Of a stretch of 64,000 nucleotides of DNA, positions 1 through 11,245 are shown piece by piece. The notes below the pieces were generated by a model. The model was not told where the DNA came from, searched no databases, and was given only the letters and a program-made list of their open reading frames with translations. The stretch spans positions 78,224 to 142,223 of the forward strand of contig CDMY01000267.1 in assembly GCA_001179505.1 (NCBI GenBank), read 5' to 3'. The translations under genes and the position numbers were made by a program. This stretch comes from Vitrella brassicaformis CCMP3155. Taxonomy: Eukaryota; Protista; Chromerida. Each line of letters starts with the position of its first letter. Within the stretch, counting starts at the first letter, position 1.

Positions 1-425
1 TCGGCTCCATCACACACAGCAAGTTCGTCCACAAGGTGAATGAGGCCATCCACAAGGTGTCCCGCGGCAGGGGCCAGGCCGGGGCAGCGGCAGGGGGCGA
101 GGAAGACGACGGGCGGGTGACCCTTGCCACGCTTTTCGGCTACCTCATCCTCGTGCTAATCCTCTACTTCGTCATGTCGTGCTTCAACCAATTCGCCCAG
201 CAGAGACAAAAGGTCAGCCAACAGGGGAGAGCGGGGAGTGAGGGAGAGAGACAGAGCGAGAGATGTGTGTGTGGATGGGATGGACAGGAGTTGGATGACG
301 AGGAGTTGAACAAGACGTACGGCAAGGTGGCCCCGTCAGACGCCGCCACCAACACCACTGCGTCGAGCGAGAAGCCGCCAGGCAGCCCCTACAACCTCAG
401 AACACGGCCTCAAAAGGCGGAGTGA
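1..425 (+). CDS. 3' end of a hypothetical membrane protein (partial; 5' end outside window)
   Basis: Open frame from the window edge with a hydrophobic segment (LFGYLILVLILYFVMSCF), an apparent intron near 212-287, and a last exon ending TGA at 425. No family recognised. Confidence 0.55.
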   Translation, partial: GSITHSKFVHKVNEAIHKVSRGRGQAGAAAGGEEDDGRVTLATLFGYLILVLILYFVMSCFNQFAQQRQKVSQQGRAGSEGERQSERCVCGWDGQELDDEELNKTYGKVAPSDAATNTTASSEKPPGSPYNLRTRPQKAE

Positions 426-1573
426 TTGAGTGATCCATGGTCCTTCTCCGCCCAGCACCACACCACCACCAGGGGGAGGGGGGGGAGGAGGGGAATGCCG
501 TGAACTGATTGACAGAGAGAGAGAGAGAGTTCTTAGTCGACAGTTCCTGCGTCCGTTTTTCGGTGTGTATAGATGAGAATGCTTGGCTTGCACGAACAAA
601 ACGATCGATCATTCGACCGACTTAGTCGCGTATTTGTAAGAATGAACAGACAGACAGACCCCACCCGACTCACCCGCCCCATCCCCCAGCCTCAGCCATC
701 CATCGCATCCACTGCCCCTCACTCTCGCTGCGCTGCCTACCGTTCTCTAATATGGATGGATACACACATGGATGGATGGATGGACGCACACATGCCCGCC
801 TCCATGTGTATGTATATGTGTGTGTGTGTGTGTGTGTGCGAGGCGGCCCGAATTGAGTGTGGTATGCCTTTTCCGCCAGCCAGTCAGCCAGCAAATCAGC
901 CAGCCAGCCAGCCAGCCAGCCAGAGCGTTTTTGTCTCGACACAGTCAGTCTTTCTTGCCCCCATCCATCGCTCATGGCGTCCGTACGGAGTGAATGTGAA
1001 TGTGAATGTGCCCCAGCGCGTGTGTGGTGGTGCGTGGTGCATGTTGGTAGGTCGGTTGCATCAGCAATTTTGAACCAGACATACATGACGTCCAGCCACT
1101 GACTCCATGCCTGAACGTTCAATCAATGGGTGTATAATGTGTGGGTGACCCACGTCAATCCAACCCATCTCCCCCAAATCGCATTGATTGAACAGGATTC
1201 CTGCCTTAGTCATTGCTCTGTCTGTCGCTCGTCCCATCTCTCTCTCATACAGACCCTCCGGCCATGGACACCATACCATATATGCCATCCATCGATCAGT
1301 AAGTAGAGGAGAGAAAAGGAGCAAGGCGAGGCGCATCCGTCACATGCACACAAACAGTCAGGCCAGGCAGCAAAGCAGCAGCAATCGCTGCATCGATGCA
1401 TCGATCGTTGGAAAGCAAAGCAACCAGCGGCCAGGCAGGTGGTGAAAAATCAAAGTCAGCCACATTCAGGCACGCAGGCAGGCACCCATGCAGACAGTCA
1501 AGACGGGCTTCAAAACTCCCTCTCTCTCCCCCCCCTCCCCTCCCCTCTGCCATTCACTCAGACTGTGCTCACT

Positions 1574-2107
1574 TCACTTAGCAACGGGGAGGTCGAGGTA
1601 TCCCGCCTTAAGGAGCATGGTGGTGAGTTTGCCCTGCTTGCCCATATCGGCCACCTCCTCCCCGCCGCCCAGGAACTTGCCTTCGAAGAACACTCGTGGT
1701 GTCGTCCTGGCGCCCGTCAGCTCCTCGAGGTAGTCCTGGATGCTGTCCTTGAGGCTCTCGTCCAGCTGGTCGATGAACTCGCTGCCGAACCCCTTGGGCT
1801 TGACCGTCTTGCCGAAGTGCAGGTGGAACCGGTTCAAGACGCCGCGCGTGAAGGGGCAGAAGGACTGGCCGAAGACCATGATGGGGAAGTTGCGGATCCG
1901 CTCGTCCACAAACTGCTTGGCCGCCGGGGACACAGCCAGACGCAGAGAGGACACGCCATTGCGCAGCCGAGTTGGGGTGCTGGTCTGCTGCTGGTGGTGC
2001 CTCGCGAGAGGCGTGGCGGCAGAGATGGAGGGCTGGAATGCATCGACCGACACACACAGGGCCGCGCAGAGGGCGATGATCTGCACCAGGGAGGGCATGT
2101 TGATCAT
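1574..2107 (-). CDS. Glutaredoxin (class I-like fold, monothiol CPFT site) with bipartite plastid-type leader; single exon
   Basis: MINMPSLVQIIALCAALCVSVDA|FQP signal peptide, then an Arg/Ser/Thr-rich transit-like stretch. Grx motifs FGQSFCPFT, TGARTTPRVF and FLGGGEE. Confidence 0.9.
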   Translation of the reverse strand: MINMPSLVQIIALCAALCVSVDAFQPSISAATPLARHHQQQTSTPTRLRNGVSSLRLAVSPAAKQFVDERIRNFPIMVFGQSFCPFTRGVLNRFHLHFGKTVKPKGFGSEFIDQLDESLKDSIQDYLEELTGARTTPRVFFEGKFLGGGEEVADMGKQGKLTTMLLKAGYLDLPVAK

Positions 2108-2480
2108 CGATCTGAGGGGCGGGTGCAGCGCAGGGAGGTGGATGGGGAGGGCTCGCAAGGGGAGGTCAGATCCTGCCAGATGGAGGCCTTGTAGACTTCG
2201 TGGAGCAGACCAGCAGCAGCAGCGGTTTCAGGGAGCACCCTAGGCGGCCTTGAGCTTTGGGCGAGCTCAAGAACAAGCGCAGAAGCAGCATCTGTGGAGA
2301 TCTGCCTACTTCCACCAAGATGCAGCCGAGTTCGAGACGCCACGAAAGCCATTCGTGACGCTGCCGACCCGAACGTGGCCCTGGCTGATCCTGCCTGTTT
2401 TGTTTGTGCAATCAACGTGCTGCCAGCCAGTGGTTAGTGCTGCTGCCGCCATCGGCTACTGCCTGTGAGTGTGAGCCGCG

Positions 2481-5400
2481 ATGTCGATAAAGCTTCGCGA
2501 GTTGATCCGGAACATCCGCGCGTGTAAGACAGCAGCTGAGGAGCGTGCAGTCATTGCCAAGGAATGCGCTGAGATCAGGACGGCATTCAAGGTAAACCAG
2601 ACAGACAGACAGACAGACAGACAGACGGGCTTGTGCTGGCTGCTGGCATGTGTCTGTGTCTGTTTGGTTTGGTGTGGTGTGTTATCTGTGTTTCTTCCCC
2701 CTCCTGCCTGCCTGTCTGTCTGTCTGTCTGCCTTGTTGATTACAGGAGGAGGACAATCACTATCGGCACCGCAATGTCGCCAAGCTGCTCTTCATTCACA
2801 TGCTCGGGTCAGTCAGTCGGCGGAAGGGTGCGCTGGCTGGGCTGGGATGCACTCGTGACTCTCTGTCTGCCTACCCTGCCCTGCCCTGCCCCACTGTCTG
2901 TCTGTCTGTCTGTCTGTTGTGTCTGTGTGTGTGCGCGTTGATGCTGCAGGTACCCGACTCACTTCGGCCAGATGGAGTGTCTGAAGCTGATAGCGTCCAC
3001 CAAGTTTGCCGAGAAGCGCGTAGGCTACCTGGGCCTCACTCAGCTGCTGGACGAGAACACGGAGGTCCTCATGCTCGTCACCAACTCGGTCAAGAACGAC
3101 CTCAACCACCCGGTAGGTGTGTGCAGCCAGTTGACCAGCCCCCCACCCACTTGATTGATTTGACCCAAATGAACCAGCAGGTCTTTCTGTTCTGTGGTCC
3201 TGTCTGTCACTGCTGTTAAACTGTGCAGAATCAGTACGTCAATGGGCTGGCCCTCTGTGCGCTGGGCAACATAGGCAACCCCGAGATGTGCAGGTGCGTG
3301 TGCAGCCAGCCAGGCAGGAAGCCGACCCAGCGAGAGAGATTCCAGCCCGCCTGTTGTTAATCTGTTTGTCTGCTTGTGGTCATTCCATCACTTAGGGCGT
3401 TGGCTCGTGAGGTAGAGAATTTGATGGGCGTGTCCAACCCCTACATCCGCAAGAAGGCCGCCCTGTGTGCCATGCGGATGATCCGCAAGGTCGAGGAGAT
3501 CGAAGACAAATTCAACCACAAAATCCCCACACTCCTCGAAGACAGAAACCACGGTCGGCCCACACACACACACACACACACACACCGCACAGGGAGGGAG
3601 GGAAGGAACAGAGAGGCAGCGAGCGGCATGTGGTTGTGTGTCTGTATGTCTGTATGTGTCAGCTGTGTTGCTGTCTGGGTGTGCGCTGCTGATCACGGTG
3701 TTGGAGATCAACCCATCGGCACTCTCGGAGTTCAGGCGATACGTACCCACACTGGTAAGTAGCCTGCCTAGACACACACACAACACACACACACACACAC
3801 TGACCAATGAATGCGTGTGTGTGTGTGTGTCTTAGATCCGTGCGTTGAAGAACATGTCCATGTCTGGCTACGCCAACGCGTCCGAGTACGACATCGCCGG
3901 CATCACTGACCCGTTCCTCCAAGTCAAGATCCTACGAGTCCTCAAACTACTCGGACACGTAACCACACACACAGGCAGGCAGCCGATAGCCAACACACAC
4001 ACAAGGATACATGGCGTGTCTGTGTGTTGTGTTGTGTGTGCCCCTGATCAGGGGTCCGTTGACGTGAGCGACGAGATGAACGACATCTTGGCTCAGGTGG
4101 CGACCAACACTGAGGGCGCCAAGAACGCCGGCAACGCCATCCTCTACGAGTGCGTCCAGACCATCATGAACATCGAAGCAGAAAGCGGACTTAGAGTGCT
4201 GGGTCAGGCAGTCAGTCAGTCAGTCAGTCAGCCAGGCAGTCAGTCACAACACCCCACCCCACCCCACCCCCCAGCACACACACACCCCTAAGATGTCCCC
4301 CAAAATGTCTGTCTGTCTGTCCCTCTGTCAGGAGTGAACATCTTGGGTCGTTTCCTGATGAATCGGGACAACAACATTCGCTACGTGGCGCTGACGACGC
4401 TGCAGCACGTGGTGACGGTCGACATGAAGGCCGTCCAGAGACACCGATCCACCATCGTCGACTGCCTTAAGGCCAGTACTCTCACCAACCACACCACATA
4501 CACCACACCACCAGCGTGTGATGTGTCGTGTGTTGTGTGTCGTGTGTTGTGTGTGTAGGATCCTGACGTGTCGATTCGGAAGCGCGCCCTCGACGTCACC
4601 TACGCACTCATCAACGAGGAGAATATCAAGGTGCGCAAGCCAAGGCGAGAGCAGCCACCCAGACAGACAGACAGCATCGTGGCATTGTCGTGGCTGGCTG
4701 GTACAGACGATGACCAAGGAGCTGCTGAATTTTTTGCTTATGGCCGGGCCCGAGTTCAAAGAGGATCTGGTCACAAAGGTAGGTTCGTCACCGCCACACA
4801 GACAGGCACCACACCACAGCCTCGGCCGTCCAGTCAGCCCAGCCACACACACCCGTCCCGCCTTGGTGGTGTGGTACTGCCTGCCACGCAGATATGTCTA
4901 GCAGTGGATCGGTTCGCACCCAACCGGAGATGGCAGATTGACACCCTCATCAAGGTGGGTTGGGTCGGGTACCCATGACCATCCCATCTCTGAGACAGTA
5001 TGGGTGCATTGTGTTGTGTTGCCTTGGGATGCGTCGCGTTTGGTGCGGTGCAGGTGATGTGTCTGGCGGGCAACTTCGTGCAGACCCAAATACGAGACAA
5101 CTTCATATACGTGGTACACACACATGGTCGACACACACACGCGTCCCACTCTCGAGCGAATCGCATCCACATCATTCCTCTCTGTCTCTCTCCGTGTCGT
5201 GTGTGTGTCACCCACCCATGTGTGTGTGTCGACCATGCCATGACCATGCCATGCGTGTGTGTAGGTGATGGCCACCCCCGAGCTGCACACCTACACCGTC
5301 CACAAACTCTTCTTCTCTGTCAAAGAAAACCAAACACAAGTAACCATCCACACACACAGCCACACCGCACACAACGCACACGCCCCCAAGCTCGTTTGTT

Positions 5401-7505
5401 CTTCGCTTGAGCAGGAGACGCTCATCCAGGTGGGCATATGGTGTCTGGGGGAGTTCGGCGACCTCCTCGTGTCGGGCAGCGCCGTCGGCCCCGACCAGCA
5501 GCCCATCAAGGTGTCCCCGTCAGAGGTGCTCGACCTGATCGAAACCATTGACAGGCGACCAACCGAACAGACCATCGGCGCATCCGTCATGGGCAAGACC
5601 GCTGCTGCTGGGGCTGCTGGGAGTAGCGGCGGTGGGGCGAACAGTGCAGGTGGTGGTGGCAGTGGTGTGGGTGGTGTTGGGAGTGCGGTGCAGAGCGCCA
5701 ACAGTGCGTTGGTGACGCAGGAGTACATCATCACCACACTCATGAAACTCACCACACGATTCCCAAACGGTCAGTCAGTCTGTCGGTAAAGGGGGGGGGA
5801 CACGGATTGGATTATCGCATTCATTGGTGCGTCTGGTGTGTGTGTGTGTTGTGTTGTGTTTTGTTGTGTGTCAGAGGTGCCGCGCATCCGCGGTCTGTTA
5901 GAGAAGTATTCGGCGAGCATGTCGCTGGAGATACAGCAGCGGGCCTGCGAATACGAGCAGCTTCTCGGCAACACATGGGACAAACTCAGGTATGCCCTGC
6001 ACACAGATCACATGCCACAGCTGAGCTACGGATGTGATGTGTTGCCGTGTGTATGTGTGTTAGGGAGGGCATATTGGATCGCATGCCCGCGTCAGAGAGA
6101 GCCAAGACCCTCACCACCGACAGACCCTCAGGTCAGGAAGCAGCCACACAACCCAACCCAAATCCCGCCCAACATACTCCACTCCACTCTGTCTGTCTGT
6201 CTGTCTGTGTGTCAGGTGATGCGTCGATCGACGAGGTGCCGACGACTGCCAACCACCACCCCAAGGGCGGCGATCTCCTCGACCTCAACGACCTGCTCGA
6301 CCTTGACACAAGGCCTGCACCCCCTGGGGGTGCCGTGCTCAACAGCCACCCTGCGACACAGACCAGCCCACACAAGCCATCCACCGGTGAGAGAGAAGAT
6401 CGAAATCCAGCAAGGCTGGCTGCAAAGGCAGCAGGCACCTGTGTGTGATGTGTGTGTGTGTGTAGGTGGTGGTGATTTGTTGGATTTGCTGGGTGGCCTG
6501 GGGGGCGAGCTGGCGCCATCGGCTGGTGCTCCGGCGCCCACGGCAGCATCAGGTGGGCGAGATCCGGAAGGGAAAGAGTTGGAATGAGAATGGATGTGTG
6601 GATGATTTGGTTGGTTGACTGCTGTCAGGTTTGGACGCGTTGGCGGATTTGAACTTGGGCGGACCCACTTTAAACTCCCACCCCCCACCAGCCGCCGCTG
6701 CCGCTACTGCTGCTGCTGCTGATGCGGCACGACCACCATCGACAGGAGGGGTAGGCCACGCAGACAGACAGACAACCCCACCAAGTATCAAGACACACAA
6801 CCGGCTCGCATGTGTGTATGCGTTTCTTTCATCCCCATCGTGTGCAGGACATCCTGGACATCTTCGGTGGCACCCCCTCCCCGGCCTCTCCACCCACCGC
6901 CCCGCCCGCCGGCGGCAAATCCTTCCCGCCATTCACCGCCTTCGACAAGAACGGACTGCAGATCACATTCACATGCAAACAGGTACCTACCACCACACAC
7001 AGACACAGACGTGCAGTGGTCAAGGGAGATGACGTGTGTGTGCAGGATGGGAGCGATCCGAAGCGTTCGACGGTGGAGGCGAGTTTCGTCAACACCTCCA
7101 CCGACGCCATGAGCGCATTCGTCTTTGAGGTGACAACACACCCCATACAATCATCTCATTCATTCATTCATTCTTGTGAAAACCCTCCCTGCCCTGCAGG
7201 CAGCTGTGCCCAAGTATGTGACGCTATCGATGGACCCCGCAAGTGCGTCTGTGGTGGAGCCGTTCGGGCTGACCCCCACCACCCAGAGGATATCCCTAGT
7301 CAACAGCGCCCAGGGGGAGAAGCCCATCATGATGAAGATACGCATCTCCTACACACACAAGGATCAGCAGGTCACACACCGAGGGAGGGAGGGAGGGACA
7401 GGAGCTCGATTGTTCGTGTCTGTTGATGGCGCATTGATGTGTGTGTGAGAGTATGTGCAGGTGCAGGAGTTTGGTCAGGTGTCGGACTTCCCGAAGGAGC
7501 TGTGA
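2481..7505 (+). CDS. AP1G1: AP-1 complex gamma subunit (gamma-adaptin), multi-exon
   Basis: [71 protein letters not shown]-type core, DLLDL hinge motifs and a C-terminal ear ([17 protein letters not shown]). Stop TGA at 7503-7505. Confidence 0.97.
3755..3835 (+). repeat. Representative intron with 5' (CA)n and 3' (GT)n complementary microsatellites
   Basis: gtaag...(ca)n...(gt)n cttag. The same polarity recurs in many introns of the window. Confidence 0.9.
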
Positions 7506-8150
7506 CTGACGCGACCTGAGGTGTCATGCGAGGGGCAGCGTGTAGACCTGACGAGCAGAGCATGCGTGAGAGTATTTGTCTGAGTAGGGGTGCCGATGCG
7601 ATGCGATGCTATGAGACGAGATGGATGGGACAAGATGAGAGCCGTATGTGCGCGTGTGAGTGTGTGAGTCGGTGTGTCGTCTTTGGTGCTCCATAATTGA
7701 TTGACATATATGCTACGATTGAGCTCTCTCTCCGGCCTGCCTGCCTCCCTGCCTGCCTGTGCATGGATGCCCACAATCTGTCCGTCTGTCTGTCTGTCTG
7801 TCTCGTGTGCGGTGCATGCCTCTCTCTGTCTGAGTGATGCGACTTGCCTCGCGTCCATCCTTCCTTGTTCGGTCAAAGAAGGTTTTAATCCACACTTAAC
7901 TTAGCCAGAGGTACGGTGCGGTGCGGTCGCGAAAGTATCTAGCAGCTAGGACCACAATCCACACTCACATACACAGCATCCATCCATCCATCCACCCATC
8001 CATTCATCCATTCGACAGACAGGCAGGCAGGCCACGTCAACTCAGCCTGACAACCATGACGCCAAAAGTGATGACAGCACATTGCCCATCTCATCTCTCC
8101 CCTCTTGTGACCCGCGCCTCCCTCACCGTGTACACGCGTGTGTCGACTGT

Positions 8151-10521
8151 TCACGGCAGGTCAAAGGCGATAATGAGCTCCTCACCTACACACACAAATG
8201 GCACCAGTCTGTTGCATTTCCGCCTACGTGGAGATGTGGGAGCGTACCGATGGCACAGCCGTCACTGAGTGGCAGGGGGGAGTGCGTCTTGACGCTGAAT
8301 GTTCCCGGCCAGTACTGGCTGGCTGCACGGGAGCCCCTCAGCACACCCAGCCGCTTCAGACACTTGGCCACCAACTCAGAGCAGAAATACGTCTGATGGA
8401 CACATGCACAGATAGACACATCAATCACATCAAGAAACCCATTCAGGCGCCAGTCATGTCTTGCTGACCTGTTCGTCGTCTCCCTGCCTCCATCCGACGG
8501 AGAAGTGCTGGTCCCTCCTCTCCCCGCCCCCTGTCTGTGTGCTCGCCTCCTGATAGCCGTCTCCTGCCGTGGCGAGCCGCGGGCCACTGGAAGCAGCAGC
8601 TGCTGCTGCTGTGGGTGCGGGGCTCTTGATCGTCACTGAGAGGGCAGGGAGAGAGTTATGACTTGACGGTGCGATGATGTTCGTACCTTCTCCCTCCTCA
8701 TGGTCGACGTCGATCTCCTCTGAGCGGTGGCGCCACAGGAGCTTCCGCACGGTGAGGCGGTAGGGTTTGCCCAACACGTCGAAGATGAAGTCCTGGAAAC
8801 TCGCCAACAGACGCGGATGGCGCTTGAAATACACCTGATTGATCGATTGGCAAAGATGCATCCGTGTCACCCCCAGGTGGACAAAGTTATACGTGCGTGC
8901 GTGTCTCCACCTTCCTGTAGACGAGCTTGGTGTAGCACTTGTGCCACCCGAACGCCCTGACGACACAAATGCCGTGAATTGATGCTGCCGAGAAGTGTTT
9001 CCATGTCCAGTAGTACTTGAAGTCGCTCCAGCTGACGGCTGTGACACCGTGATTGCCCGTGGCCTCGAAGATCAGCACGCTACCGTTGTCGACGCGCAGC
9101 AGCAGCGCCACGTGGTCGTACTCAGAGGCCGTCAAGGTGCGTGTCACCCTGGCACCGCCGTCAGTACCCCTGACACACACACACACGCACAGAAGAAATC
9201 AGAAGACAGCACATGCACCACAGTGGAGGTCGGAGGCCTCTTCCTTTGCGATGTGCGTACCTGAAGAGGAGTATGTCGCCCGTCTGGACGAGTGACAGGT
9301 ACTTGCTCTCTGAAATGCGATTGAACCGCCAGAAGTTCTTCTCCGCCACGATGCCCCTCTCCGCGTACGGCAGCGGGGCCGCACACCGGATATGCAGACC
9401 AGTGGCGTGCACCAGGCGCTGCATCACACGGGCGCTGCCACGGAACTCAAAACACTTCTGCATCCACGCGGAGAGAGGGAGCCATGGACACCGGCGATGT
9501 ACAGTCCATCGTCGATGAATTGGTTACCTTTGGGAATGCGGTCGGTTTGAGTCTGAGTACTATGCGGTCGTCCCTGACCCCGCCCCATTGATCGCAGCTG
9601 AAGAGCCCCTCGCACAGGCCAAATATGGCCAGGGGGTCGGCCGACGACGTGTCGCCGATCTCGGCACTCTCGTACAAACAATGCAGCTCGTACCGCACCT
9701 GACACAGGCACAAGCACAACAACATGCGAGGGACGTGTGTGTGCGAGCATCCGTCGAGAGGTCTCCGGTTTTAGCACTGTGTCGAAGTCCAGAACGCCCA
9801 GGGGAGCTGTAAGGCCCAGGTCGTCGGGCTGCAGACGAACAGAAAGAACAGTGTGTGCTGAGAACAATCAGCATCTTTGTACTCCATTGCAGGCCTTTAC
9901 CTTGAAGTAGAGCAATTTGCGATCCTGCACCACACAGCAACAGAACACACACATGGTCCAAACACCTGTTGGTCGGTCCTCGCGTTGTCTGACGGACCTT
10001 GAGTATGTATGTGCGCCGCCGCCATCCCTCGTACCACCAGGGCGAGCGCTTCTCGAAATCGCCCTCCATCGCAGGCAAACACGAACCTACCTGCACCCAC
10101 GCAACACGCGCAGACACTGCAGACACGTACTGCAGGTCTTTCCCTCTCTGCATCTTTCGCTCACCGGAAGAATCCATTGAGGCGCTGGCATCCCTTGTCC
10201 GCCCTCCTCCCCCTCCTGGACCAAACGCTCACCATCAGCCTGCAGAGCCTCCACTTGGCCTTTGCGGAAGGACAGCTCATCTCGTCTATGGTCAATCAAG
10301 GCGGGCGGGGCTTCCTCTACGGGCCTGAAGCTCTCCAGCACCCGCTGTGCCACTGTGCGTTCTGTGGCGGTGCTGCACTCATCGATGGGGGCCTCACACT
10401 CTTCAAAGAGGAGGTGGTCATCGGGAAACTCGGTTTCATAATATTTGACCTCTAGTGCCGGCATACTGCGCGCGAACGTCTGCCAGTCCACCGAATTCGA
10501 AACCCTAACCCCAAACCCCAT
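8151..10521 (-). CDS. PH-domain protein with permuted papain-like (NlpC/P60, YiiX/LRAT-type) catalytic domain
   Basis: PH-like start GDFEKRSPWWYEGWRRRTYILK. Permuted NlpC motifs in the order VQTGDILLFR, YDHVALLLR (His), YFCSELVA (Cys). Last exon GEELIIAFDLP* ends at 8151. The start could instead be Met at 10464. Confidence 0.75.
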
Positions 10522-10551
10522 TCGTAAATTGTGTGCGTCATTTTAAGCGCA

Positions 10552-11188
10552 ATGAGAGGCTTCGAGGTTTCAATGAGTCTGTCTGAGGGTGGTTCCGACG
10601 CCGTGGCGGGCCATATGCTGGTTGTGCAGCCGCCGTACCAAAGGCCGAAGGCGTGGTTGGCCATACGCGAGTGCGGCAAGTATACATATTTCGATTCCCT
10701 TACGGACGTCCCGAACGACCTAACCAATGTGGCCATGTGGCGGTACGTGACATCCATCCATCCATCCATCCATCAATCCATCCACCCCTTCACACGTGTG
10801 GCGGTACGCGAGATCCATTCATCCATCCTTCCGTCCAGGCCTGAGAAGATCTATGAGGGGGACTTCGAGCAGTTCGGTATCATGGCCGTCGGTGCGGAGC
10901 TCGACAGGGAGGACACTGCATCCCTCCTCGCGGCGGTTCGTGACGCCGTCGATGACCTGCCGCATGTCATTGTGGACACCGAGGTCAGCAGGACCGATAA
11001 ACCCTCCTACCGCTGCAATCGATGTATGCGCCATGTGTGTCTGCCTTTATGCGGTGCAGAGGAAGGTGGCTGCGTCTGCTCAAGCGTCGCGTGAGGAGGG
11101 GCGGGTGATCTTCGCGCCATGGTCAGGCCTGGGAATCCGAGATCGGTTGCCTGCGATTGGCGATCAAGCTTGCGGGGCCATCATGTAA
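10552..11188 (+). CDS. Small hypothetical protein (three exons)
   Basis: GT-AG introns join WR|PEKIYEGDFEQFG and VDTE|RKVAAS in frame to a TAA at 11188. No family recognised; the true start may be a downstream Met. Confidence 0.55.
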
Positions 11189-11245
11189 ACGCATCAATAC
11201 GTATAGTTTGATTCGATTCGACTGGACATGAAGCATCGATCTTGC

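Noticed and set aside
6250-6870. Repeated DLLDL motifs on separate small exons of gamma-adaptin
   Set aside because: Known clathrin-binding hinge motifs; expected for this protein.
10499-10520. Telomere-like aaccctaaccccaaacccca
   Set aside because: Only one true unit, not an array, and it overlaps the putative MGFGVRVS start region.
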